Shown: positions 1 through 15,867 of the stretch, piece after piece
Numbering within the stretch: position 1 is the first letter of the stretch
Layout of the letters: each line of letters begins with the position of its first letter
Assembly: GCF_009914755.1 (NCBI RefSeq)
Contig: NC_060948.1
DNA: 64,000 bases
Strand: one strand, 5' to 3'
Origin: the human T2T-CHM13v2.0 reference genome, Homo sapiens
Program-made: the position numbers and the translations under genes
Notes under the pieces: model-generated
Databases searched by the model: none
Told to the model about the DNA's origin: nothing
What the model saw: only the letters and a program-made list of their open reading frames with translations

Positions 1-1061
1 TTAATTACATGTCACATGTGTTATATATTATATATTTTACATAGAATATACCGGTTACATACAATATATACTATGTTACCTATAATGTATAATTTATTAC
101 ATGTAAAATAAAGAATGCAATATATTATGTATAATTTATAATATACAATATGTGGAATGTGATATATATAACATATAATATATGATATATGATATACAGT
201 ATATGATATATAACATACAATATATGATTCCTAATATATATGGTATACAATATATATTTTATGATATGTATTCTATATGTGTTATATTCTGTTATATATA
301 ACTATTTGAAATTATATATAACTGTATATTTTATGTAAATATGTAATATAATATATATAACTATATAATATATTATATATAACTATATATTATGTTATAT
401 ATACTTTTATAACATAATTTACATAAAATATCATAACATAATATATAGTATATTATTTCATATTACATAATATATATTACATATCACCCAATATAACTAA
501 CATACATAATATTATAATATAGATTATATTGTGTTATATTAAATATCATATATATCATGTATCATATATTCTATAATATATATTACACATTATATAATAT
601 GTATGTTGTCTATTATGTGATATATATAACTCTATATATAATTATATTTTTATACATATAACTAGATAAACATGTAATTCTACATATTTTCATTTATAAT
701 ATGTAGAATTATATAATCATATATAATTATTTATATTCTATAAAAAATTTTATCATTATATAAATTATAATATATAAAAATTATAATATGTACTACAAAT
801 ATATATATTATATATCATATATGATATAGTACCTTTGTTATATATCATAATACATATAAATGTGTATTATGTTATGTATAATTATATAATTTCATATATA
901 AGATGTATAATATGTATCATATATTATATATGTTATGTAATATATATAGTATATATAAGATGACACAGGATAAATATTATATACTATGACATATAAAATA
1001 TATGAGCTTATATTTTACATATAAGGCATAGCACATAACATGTAATATATATCATATATAA
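1..1061. repeat. AT-rich low-complexity segment of the DYZ2 unit (partial, window edge)
   Basis: Degenerate (TA)n/TATAA/ATATG sequence with very few G/C; matches 2418-3481 of the next unit. Confidence 0.92.
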
Positions 1062-1353
1062 TTTTTTTTTAGACAGAATCTTGTCCTGTTGCACAGGGTG
1101 GGGTACAATGGCGCCATCTTTGCTCACTGCAACTTCTGCCTCACGGGTCCAAGCGATGGTCCTCCCTCAGCCTCCCAGGTAGCTGGGACTACACCACACT
1201 AGGACTACACCAGCTGCCACCATGCCTAGCTAATTTTTTGGATTTTTAGTAGTGACAGCCTTTCACTGTATTGGCCAGGATGGTCTTGATCTCTTCACCT
1301 TGTGATCCCCTTGCCTTGGCCTCCAAATTTGCTGGGATTACAGGCCTGAGCCA
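1062..1353 (-). mobile_element. Diverged Alu SINE, copy 1 (two-arm, missing ~12 nt at the 5' end, 9-nt A tail)
   Basis: Reverse complement reads TGGCTCAGGCCTGTAATCCCAGCA...GAGATCAAGACCATCCTGGCCAA...CTACTAAAAATCCAAAAAATTAGC...TGTAGTCCCAGCTAC...GAGGCTGAGG...TTGCAGTGAGC...TCTGTCT-A9, i.e. left arm, A-rich linker, right arm and tail. Confidence 0.95.
1282..1353 (-). promoter_or_regulatory. Residual Alu internal RNA polymerase III promoter motifs (A-box-like TGGCTCAGGCC, B-box-like GAGATCAAGACC), repeated per unit
   Basis: Motifs lie at the expected left-arm positions (A-box-like 1343-1353, B-box-like 1282-1293), and GATCAAGAC fits GWTCRANNC. There is no evidence of activity. Confidence 0.35.
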
Positions 1354-1925
1354 AGATCCATATTTTTTAAATGAAAAAAAATTTCAAAGGTACTCTGCTT
1401 GGTACAATAATCAAATGTATAAACTGAGGAATAAAACATACCCATGAAACCTACTTATAACTGCATATGGAAAATACAGAGGATAATTTTTTAAATAACA
1501 TATTTTGAAAGCCTTAACTAGTAATTTGAAGAGTTGGCATTTGAAAGGCCAGTATGAATATACCTTCAATGCAGCAACACAGGTTCCCCATGAGAAAAAG
1601 CAAACACAGGGAAAATAAAAACACAAAGGTTCAATCTCTTCTGACCTTTGAAAGACACAGCACAGACAGTGGTCCTTAGGACGAAGAGCAGGAGACCCCT
1701 AATTCCGTCACCATGGCGATAGTGCATAAACATTGCTGGGTGAGGGCACAATCCACATTGTGAGGTCCAACTGCTGCCAGGAAGACAGGAGTGCTTTTAC
1801 ATAGACCGAAAGGTCATTGAAGGCTCAGAGTTTTGTTTCAAGAACTGAATCCCAAGCCCACACGTTATTAGGCTGCGCTTCTTAACACAAGTTATGAGAT
1901 GGGAAAAAGGGCACCCACAAACATA
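1354..1925. repeat. HSATI-type GC-richer segment of the DYZ2 unit (representative; one copy follows every complete Alu)
   Basis: ~570 bp of complex non-Alu sequence between the Alu 5' end and an abrupt switch to TA-rich DNA after GGGCACCCACAAACATAC. Position and size fit the HSATI component of DYZ2. The name comes from the known unit structure, not an alignment, and boundaries are approximate. Confidence 0.8.
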
Positions 1926-3773
<1,848 letters not shown>

Positions 3774-5896
3774 AGATCCATATTTTTTAAATGAAAAAAA
3801 ATTTCAAAGGTACTCTGCTTGGTACAATAATCAAATGTATAAACTGAGGAATAAAACATAACCATGAAACCTACTTATAACTGCATATGGAAAATACAGA
3901 GGATAATTTTTTAAATAACATATTTTGAAAGCCTTAACTAGTAATTTGAAGAGTTGGCATTTGAAAGGCCAGTATGAATATACCTTCAAAGCAGCAACAC
4001 AGGTTCCCCATGAGAAAAAGCAAACACAGGGAAAATAAAAACACAAAGGTTCAATCTCTTCTGACCTTTGAAAGACACAGCACAGACAGTGGTCCTTAGG
4101 ACGAAGAGCAGGAGACCCCTAATTCCGTCACCATGGCGATAGGGCATAAACATTGCTGGGTGAGGGCACAATCCACATTGTGAGGTCCAACTGCTGCCAG
4201 GAAGACAGGAGTGCTTTTACATAGACCGAAAGGTCATTGAAGGCTCAGAGTTTTGTTTCAAGAACTGAATCCCAAGCCCACACGTTATTACGCTGCGCTT
4301 CTTAAAACAAGTTATGAGATGGGAAAAAGGGCACCCACAAACATACGTATACATTATGTATATAATAATATACAGTATCATATATATAATATATATAACC
4401 TATGTATAATATTGTTTTACATCCTGCATCTTATATTATATATATTGTATAAAATATAATAAGTGATAATATATAAGTTTTATAATTATACAATATGACA
4501 TATAGTATATATTATAATTTATGACATATATAATATATGTTATATATCATATATAGAATATATTATACGGTTAATATACGTATTAAATATAAATTATACA
4601 TTATATATATTATATATAATATATCTGTTATATATAATACCCATTATGCATAATATATATATTATGTCTATGTTATATATAGTATAAAACAACATATAAT
4701 AATATATAATTGTATATATAAAATGCGACATATAATATATATTATATTTTATAATATGTAATATATATTATATATTATATATAATACGTTGTATGTATAA
4801 TACCTATATTAAATATATATTATATGACTATGTTATTAATTACATGTCACATGTGTTATATATTATATATTTTACATAGAATATACCGGTTACATACAAT
4901 ATATACTATGTTACCTATAATGTATAATTTATTACATGTAAAATAAAGAATGCAATATATTATGTATAATTTATAATATACAATATGTGGAATGTGATAT
5001 ATATAACATATAATATATGATATATGATATACAGTATATGATATATAACATACAATATATGATTCCTAATATATATGGTATACAATATATATTTTATGAT
5101 ATGTATTCTATATGTGTTATATTCTGTTATATATAACTATTTGAAATTATATATAACTGTATATTTTATGTAAATATGTAATATAATATATATAACTATA
5201 TAATATATTATATATAACTATATATTATGTTATATATACTTTTATAACATAATTTACATAAAATATCATAACATAATATATAGTATATTATTTCATATTA
5301 CATAATATATATTACATATCACCCAATATAACTAACATACATAATATTATAATATAGATTATATTGTGTTATATTAAATATCATATATATCATGTATCAT
5401 ATATTCTATAATATATATTACACATTATATAATATGTATGTTGTCTATTATGTGATATATATAACTCTATATATAATTATATTTTTATACATATAACTAG
5501 ATAAACATGTAATTCTACATATTTTCATTTATAATATGTAGAATTATATAATCATATATAATTATTTATATTCTATAAAAAATTTTATCATTATATAAAT
5601 TATAATATATAAAAATTATAATATGTACTACAAATATATATATTATATATCATATATGATATAGTACCTTTGTTATATATCATAATACATATAAATGTGT
5701 ATTATGTTATGTATAATTATATAATTTCATATATAAGATGTATAATATGTATCATATATTATATATGTTATGTAATATATATAGTATATATAAGATGACA
5801 CAGGATAAATATTATATACTATGACATATAAAATATATGAGCTTATATTTTACATATAAGGCATAGCACATAACATGTAATATATATCATATATAA

Positions 5897-6188
5897 TTTT
5901 TTTTTAGACAGAATCTTGTCCTGTTGCACAGGGTGGGGTACAATGGCGCCATCTTTGCTCACTGCAACTTCTGCCTCACGGGTCCAAGCGATGGTCCTCC
6001 CTCAGCCTCCCAGGTAGCTGGGACTACACCACACTAGGACTACACCAGCTGCCACCATGCCTAGCTAATTTTTTGGATTTTTAGTAGTGACAGCGTTTCA
6101 CTGTATTGACCAGGATGGTCTTGATCTCTTCACCTTGTGATCCCCTTGCCTTGGCCTCCAAATTTGCTGGGATTACAGGCCTGAGCCA
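5897..6188 (-). mobile_element. Diverged Alu, copy 3
   Basis: Near-identical to copy 1. Confidence 0.93.
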
Positions 6189-8316
6189 AGATCCATATTT
6201 TTTAAATGAAAAAAAATTTCAAAGGTACTCTGCTTGGTACAATAATCAAATGTATAAACTGAGGAATAAAACATACCCATGAAACCTACTTATAACTGCA
6301 TATGGAAAATACAGAGGATAATTTTTTAAATAACATATTTTGAAAGCCTTAACTAGTAATTTGAAGAGTTGGCATTTGAAAGGCCAGTATGAATATACCT
6401 TCAATGCAGCAACACAGGTTCCCCATGAGAAAAAGCAAACACAGGGAAAATAAAAACACAAAGGTTCAATCTCTTCTGACCTTTGAAAGACACAGCACAG
6501 ACAGTGGTCCTTAGGACGAAGAGCAGGAGACCCCTAATTCCGTCACCATGGCGATAGTGCATAAACATTGCTGGGTGCGGGCACAATCCACATTGTGAGG
6601 TCCAACTGCTGCCAGGAAGACAGGAGTGCTTTTACATAGACCGAAAGGTCATTGAAGGCTCAGAGTTTTGTTTCAAGAACTGAATCCCAAGCCCACACGT
6701 TATTAGGCTGCGCTTCTTAAAACAAGTTATGAGATGGGAAAAAGGGCACCCACAAACATACCTATACATTATGTATATAATAATATAGAGTGTCATATAT
6801 ATAATATATATAACCTATGTATAATATTGTTTTACATCCTGCATCTTATGTTATATATATTGTATAAAATATAATAATTGATAATATATAAGTTTTATAA
6901 TTATACAATATGACATATAGTATATATTATAATTTATGACATATTTAATATATGTTATATATCATATACAGAATATATTATACGGTTAATATACGTATTA
7001 AATATAAATTATACATTATATATATTATATATAATATATCTGTTATATATAATACCCATTATGTATAATATATATATTATGTCTATGTTATATATAGTAA
7101 AAAACAACATATAATAATATATAATTGTATATATAAAATGCGACATATAATATATATTATATTTTATAACATATGTAATATATATTATATATTATATATA
7201 ATACGTTGTATGTATAATACCTATATTAAATATATATTATATGACTATGTTATTAATTACATGTCACATGTGTTATATATTATATATTTTACATAGAATA
7301 TACCGGTTACATACAATATATACTATGTTACCTATAATGTATAATTTATTACATGTAAAATAAAGAATGCAATATATTATGTATAATTTATAATATACAA
7401 TATGTGGAATGTGATATATATAACATATAATATATGATATATGATATACAGTATATGATATATAACATACAATATATGATTCCTAATATATATGGTATAC
7501 AATATATATTTTATGATATGTATTCTATATGTTTTATATTCTGTTATATATAACTATTTGAAATTATATATAACTGTATAATATTTTATGTAAATATGTA
7601 ATATAATATATATAACTATATAATATACTATATATAACTATATATTATGTTATATATACTTTTATAACATAATTTACATAAAATATCATAATATAATATA
7701 TATTATATTATTTCATATTACATAATATATATTACATATCACCCAATATAACTAACATACATAATATTATAATATAGATTATATTGTGTTATATTAAATA
7801 TCATATATATCATGTATCATATATTCTATAATATATATTACTCATTATATAATATGTATGTTGTCTATTATGTGATATATATAACTATATATATAATTAT
7901 ATTTTTATACATATAACTAGATAAACATGTAATTCTACATATTTTCATTTATAATATGTAGAATTATATAATCATATATAATTATTTATATTCTTTAAAA
8001 AATTTTATCATTATATAAATTATAATATATAAAAATTATAATATGTACTACAAATATATATATTATATATCATATATGATATAGTACCCTTGTTATATAT
8101 CATAATACATATAAATGTGTATTATGTTATCTATAATTATATAATTTCATATATAAGATATATAATATGTATCATATATTATATATGTTATGTAATATAT
8201 ATAGTATATATAAGATGACACAGGATAAATATTATATACTATGACATATAAAATATATGAGGTTATATGTTACATATAAGGCATAGCACATAACATGTAA
8301 TATATATCATCTATAA

Positions 8317-8608
8317 TTTTTTTTTAGACAGAATCTTGTCCTGTTGCACAGGGTGGGGTACAATGGCGCCATCTTTGCTCACTGCAACTTCTACCTCACG
8401 GGTCCAAGCGATGGTCCTCCCTCAGCCTCCCAGGTAGCTGGGACTACACCACACTGGGACTACACCAGCTGCCACCATGCCTAGCTAATTTTTTGGATTT
8501 TTAGTAGTGACAGCGTTTCACTGTATTGGCCAGGATGGTCTTGATCTCTTCACCTTGTGATCCCCTTGCCTTGGCCTCCAAATTTGCTGGGATTACAGGC
8601 CTGAGCCA
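8317..8608 (-). mobile_element. Diverged Alu, copy 4
   Basis: Near-identical to copy 1. Confidence 0.93.
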
Positions 8609-10712
8609 AGATCCATATTTTTTAAATGAAAAAAAATTTCAAAGGTACTCTGCTTGGTACAATAATCAAATGTATAAACTGAGGAATAAAACATAACCAT
8701 GAAACCTACTTATAACTGCATATGGAAAATACAGAGGATAATTTTTTAAATAACATATTTTGAAAGCCTTAACTAGTAATTTGAAGAGTTGGCATTTGAA
8801 AGGCCAGTATGAATATACCTTCAATGCAGCAACACAGGTTCCCCATGAGAAAAAGCAAACACAGGGAAAATAAAAACACAAAGGTTCAATCTCTTCTGAC
8901 CTTTGAAAGACACAGCACAGACAGTGGTCCTTAGGACGAAGAGCAGGAGACCCCTAATTCCGTCACCATGGCGATAGTGCATAAACATTGCTGGGTGAGG
9001 GCACAATCCACATTGTGAGGTCCAACTGCTGCCAGGAAGACAGGAGTGCTTTTACATAGACCGAAAGGTCATTGAAGGCTCAGAGTTTTGTTTCAAGAAC
9101 TGAATCCCAAGCCCACACGTTATTAGGCTGCGCTTCTTAAAACAAGTTATGAGATGGGAAAAAGGGCACCCACAAACATACGTATACATTATGTATATAA
9201 TAATATACAGTGTCATATATATAATATATATAACCTATGTATAATATTGTTTTACATCCTGCATCTTATGTTATATATATTGTATAAAATATAATAATTG
9301 ATAATATATAACTTTTATAATTATACAATATGACATATAGTATATATTATAATTTATGACATATATAATATATGTTATATATCATATACAGAATATATTA
9401 TACGGTTAATATACGTATTAAATATAAATTATACATTATATATATTATATATAATATATCTGTTATATATAATACCCATTATGCATAATATATATATTAT
9501 GTCTATGTTATATATAGTATAAAACAACATATAATAATATATAATTGTATATATAAATGCGACATATAATATATATTATATTTTATAACATATGTAATAT
9601 ATATTATATATTATATATAATACGTTGTATGTATAATACCTATATTAAATATATATTATATGACTATGTTATTAATTACATGTCACATGTGTTATATATT
9701 ATATATTTTACATAGAATATACCGGTTACATACAATATATACCATGTTACCTATAATGTATAATTTATTACATGTAAAATAAAGAATGCAATATATTATG
9801 TATAATTTATAATATACAATATGTGGAATGTGATATATATAACATATAATATATGATATATGATATACAGTATATGATATATAACATACAATATATGATT
9901 CCTAATATATATGGTATACAATATATATTTTATGATATGTATTCTATATGTTTTATATTCTGTTATATATAACTATTTGAAATTATATATAACTGTATAA
10001 TATTTTATGTAAATATGTAATATAATATATATAACTATATAATATATTATATATAACTATATATTATGTTATATATACTTTTATAACATAATTTACATAA
10101 GATATCATAATATAATATATATTATATTATTTCATATTACATAATATATATTACATATCACCCAATATAACTAACATACATAATATTATAATATAGATTA
10201 TATTATGTTATATTAAATATCATATATATCATGTATCATATATTCTATAATATATATTACACATTATATAATATGTATGTTGTCTATTATGTGATATATA
10301 TAACTATATATATAATTATATTTTTATACATATAACTAGATAAACATGTAATTCTACATATTTTCATTTATAATATGTAGAAGTATATAATCATATATAA
10401 TTATTTATATTCTATAAAAAATTTTATCATTATATAAATTATAATATATAAAAATTATAATATGTACTACAAATATATATATTATATATCATATATGATA
10501 TAGTACCTTTGTTATATATCATAATACATATAAATGTGTATTATGTTATCTATAATTATATAATTTCATATATAAGATGTATAATATGTATCATATATTA
10601 TATATGTTATGTAATATATATAGTATATATAAGATGACACAGGATAAATATTATATACTATGACATATAAAATATATGAGGTTATATGTTACATATAAGG
10701 CATAGCACATAA

Positions 10713-11027
<315 letters not shown>

Positions 11028-13132
11028 AGATCCATATTTTTTAAATGAAAAAAAATTTCAAAGGTACTCTGCTTGGTACAATAATCAAATGTATAAACTG
11101 AGGAATAAAACATAACCATGAAACCTACTTATAACTGCATATGGATAATACAGAGGATAATTTTTTAAATAACATAGTTTGAAAGCCTTAACTAGTAATT
11201 TGAAGAGTTGGCATTTGAAAGGCCAGTATGAATATACCTTCAAAGCAGCAACACAGGTTCCCCATGAGAAAAAGCAAACACAGGGAAAATAAAAACACAA
11301 AGGTTCAATCTCTTCTGACCTTTGAAAGACACAGCACAGACAGTGGTCCTTAGGACGAAGAGCAGGAGACCCCTAATTCCGTCACCATGGCGATAGGGCA
11401 TAAACATTGCTGGGTGAGGGCACAATCCACATTGTGAGGTCCAACTGCTGCCAGGAAGACAGGAGTGCTTTTACATAGACCGAAAGGTCATTGAAGGCTC
11501 AGAGTTTTGTTTCAAGAACTGAATCCCAAGCCCACACGTTATTAGGCTGCGCTTCTTAAAACAAGTTATGAGATGGGAAAAAGGGCACCCACAAACATAC
11601 GTATACATTATGTATATAATAATATAGAGTGTCATATATATAATATATATAACCTATGTATAATATTGTTTTACATCCTGCATCTTATGTTATATATATT
11701 GTATAAAATATAATAATTGATAATATATAAGTTTTATAATTATACAATATGACATATAGTATATATTATAATTTATGACATATATAATATATGTTATATA
11801 TCATATACAGAATATATTATACGGTTAATATACGTATTAAATATAAATTATACATTATATATATTATATATAATATATCTGTTATATATAATACCCGTTA
11901 TGCATAATATATATATTATGTCTATGTTATATATAGTATAAAACAACATATAATAATATATAATTGTATATATAAAATGCGACATATAATATATATTATA
12001 TTTTATAACATATGTAATATATATTATATATTATATATAATACGTTGTATGTATAATACCTATATTAAATATATATTATATGACTATGTTATTAATTACA
12101 TGTCACATGTGTTATATATTATATATTTTACATAGAATATACCGGTTACATACAATATATACCATGTTACCTATAATGTATAATTTATTACATGTAAAAT
12201 AAAGAATGCAATATATTATGTATAATTTATAATATACAATATGTGGAATGTGATATATATAACATATAATATATGATATATGATATACAGTATATGATAT
12301 ATAACATACAATATATGATTCCTAATATATATGGTATACAATATATATTTTATGATATGTATTCTATATGTTTTATATTCTGTTATATATAACTATTTGA
12401 AATTATATATAACTGTATAATATTTTATGTAAATATGTAATATAATATATATAACTATATAATATATTATATATAACTATATATTATGTTATATATACTT
12501 TTATAACATAATTTACATAAAATATCATAATATAATATATATTATATTATTTCATATTACATAATATATATTACATATCACCCAATATAACTAACATACA
12601 TAATATTATAATATAGATTATATTATGTTATATTAAATATCATATATATCATGTATCATATATTCTATAATATATATTACACATTATATAATATGTATGT
12701 TGTCTATTATGTGATATATATAACTCTATATATAATTATATTTTTATACATATAACTAGATAAACATGTAATTCTACATATTTTCATTTATAATACGTAG
12801 AAGTATATAATCATATATAATTATTTATATTCTATAAAAAATTTTATCATTATATAAATTATAATATATAAAAATTATAATATGTACTACAAATATATAT
12901 ATTATATATCATATATGATATAGTACCTTTGTTATATATCATAATACATATAAATGTGTATTATGTTATCTATAATTATATAATTTCATATATAAGATGT
13001 ATAATATGTATCATATATTATATATGTTATGTAATATATATAGTATATATAAGATGACACAGGATAAATATTATATACTATGACATATAAAATATATGAG
13101 GTTATATGTTACATATAAGGCATAGCACATAA

Positions 13133-13447
<315 letters not shown>

Positions 13448-15552
13448 AGATCCATATTTTTTAAATGAAAAAAAATTTCAAAGGTACTCTGCTTGGTACA
13501 ATAATCAAATGTATAAACTGAGGAATAAAACATAACCATGAAACCTACTTATAACTGCATATGGAAAATACAGAGGATAATTTTTTAAATAACATAGTTT
13601 GAAAGCCTTAACTAGTAATTTGAAGAGTTGGCATTTGAAAGGCCAGTATGAATATACCTTCAAAGCAGCAACACAGGTTCCCCATGAGAAAAAGCAAACA
13701 CAGGGAAAATAAAAACACAAAGGTTCAATCTCTTCTGACCTTTGAAAGACACAGCACAGACAGTGGTCCTTAGGACGAAGAGCAGGAGACCCCTAATTCC
13801 GTCACCATGGCGATAGGGCATAAACATTGCTGGGTGAGGGCACAATCCACATTGTGAGGTCCAACTGCTGCCAGGAAGACAGGAGTGCTTTTACATAGAC
13901 CGAAAGGTCATTGAAGGCTCAGAGTTTTGTTTCAAGAACTGAATCCCAAGCCCACACGTTATTAGGCTGCGCTTCTTAAAACAAGTTATGAGATGGGAAA
14001 AAGGGCACCCACAAACATACGTATACATTATGTATATAATAATATACAGTGTCATATATATAATATATATAACCTATGTATAATATTGTTTTACATCCTG
14101 CATCTTATGTTATATATATTGTATAAAATATAATAATTGATAATATATAAGTTTTATAATTATACAATATGACATATAGTATATATTATAATTTATGACA
14201 TATATAATATATGTTATATATCATATACAGAATATATTATACGGTTAATATACGTATTAAATATAAATTATACATTATATATATTATATATAATATATCT
14301 GTTATATATAATACCCGTTATGCATAATATATATATTATGTCTATGTTATATATAGTATAAAACAACATATAATAATATATAATTGTATATATAAAATGC
14401 GACATATAATATATATTATATTTTATAACATATATAATATATATTATATATTATATATAATACGTTTTATGTATAATAACTATATTAAATATATATTATA
14501 TGACTATGTTATTAATTACATGTCACATGTGTTATATATTATATATTTTACATAGAATATACCGGTTACATACAATATATACTATGTTACCTATAATGTA
14601 TAATTGTTTACATGTAAAATAAAGAATGCAATATATTATGTATAATTTATAATATACCATATGTGGAATGTGATATATATAACATATAATATATGATATA
14701 TGATATACAGTATATGATATATAACATACAATATATGATTCCTAATATATATGGTATACAACATATATTTTATGATATGTATTCTATATGTTTTATATTC
14801 TGTTATATATAACTATTTGAAATTATATATAACTGTATAATATTTTATGTAAATATGTAATATAATATATATAACTATATAATATATTATATATAACTAT
14901 ATATTATGTTATATATACTTTTATAACATAATTTACATAAAATATGATAATATAATATATATTATATTATTTCATATTACATAATATATATTACATATCA
15001 CCCAATATAACTAACATACATAATATTATAATATAGATTATATTGTGTTATATTAAATATCATATATATCATGTATCATATATTCTATAATATATATTAC
15101 ACATTATATAATATGTATGTTGTCTATTATGTGATATATATAACTATATATATAATTATATTTTTATACATATAACTAGATAAACATGTAATTCTACATA
15201 TTTTCATTTATAATATGTAGAATTATATAATCATATATAATTATTTATATTCTATAAAAAATTTTATCATTATATAAATTATAATATATAAAAATTATAA
15301 TATGTACTACAAATATATATATTATATATCATATATGATATAGTACCTTTGTTATATATCATAATACATATAAATGTGTATTATGTTATCTATAATTATA
15401 TAATTTCATATATAAGTTGTATAATATGTATCATATGTTATACATGTTATGTAATATATATAGTATATATAAGATGACACAGGATAAATATTATATACTA
15501 TGACATATAAAATATATGAGGTTATATGTTACATATAAGGCATAGCACATAA

Positions 15553-15867
<315 letters not shown>

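Noticed and set aside
1430-1620. AATAAA polyadenylation-like hexamers and abundant TATA-like motifs
   Set aside because: Expected by chance at this AT content; no exon or promoter context supports them.
1411-1626. 71-aa minus-strand ORF (MCFYFPCVC...) conserved in all 26 units
   Set aside because: It starts at TTG rather than ATG, resembles no known domain, and lies in a satellite segment. Conservation reflects array homogeneity, with substitutions at background level.
1566-1751. 61-aa minus-strand ORF (MCPHPAMF...) in every unit
   Set aside because: TTG start, short, overlaps the other ORF, with no recognisable homology or gene structure.
4253-4459. 68-aa plus-strand ORF in units 2 and 13-16
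   Set aside because: It appears only where a TAG>TAC SNV removes a stop. It has a TTG start and runs into Y/I/N-rich translation of TA-rich DNA.
6100-6115. Single variants shared by distant units (TTGACCAGG ~6109/54474; TACCATATG ~14658/55764; TATAGGGTT ~45676/57768)
   Set aside because: Single sites cannot distinguish recurrent mutation from conversion, so they were not promoted without linked markers.
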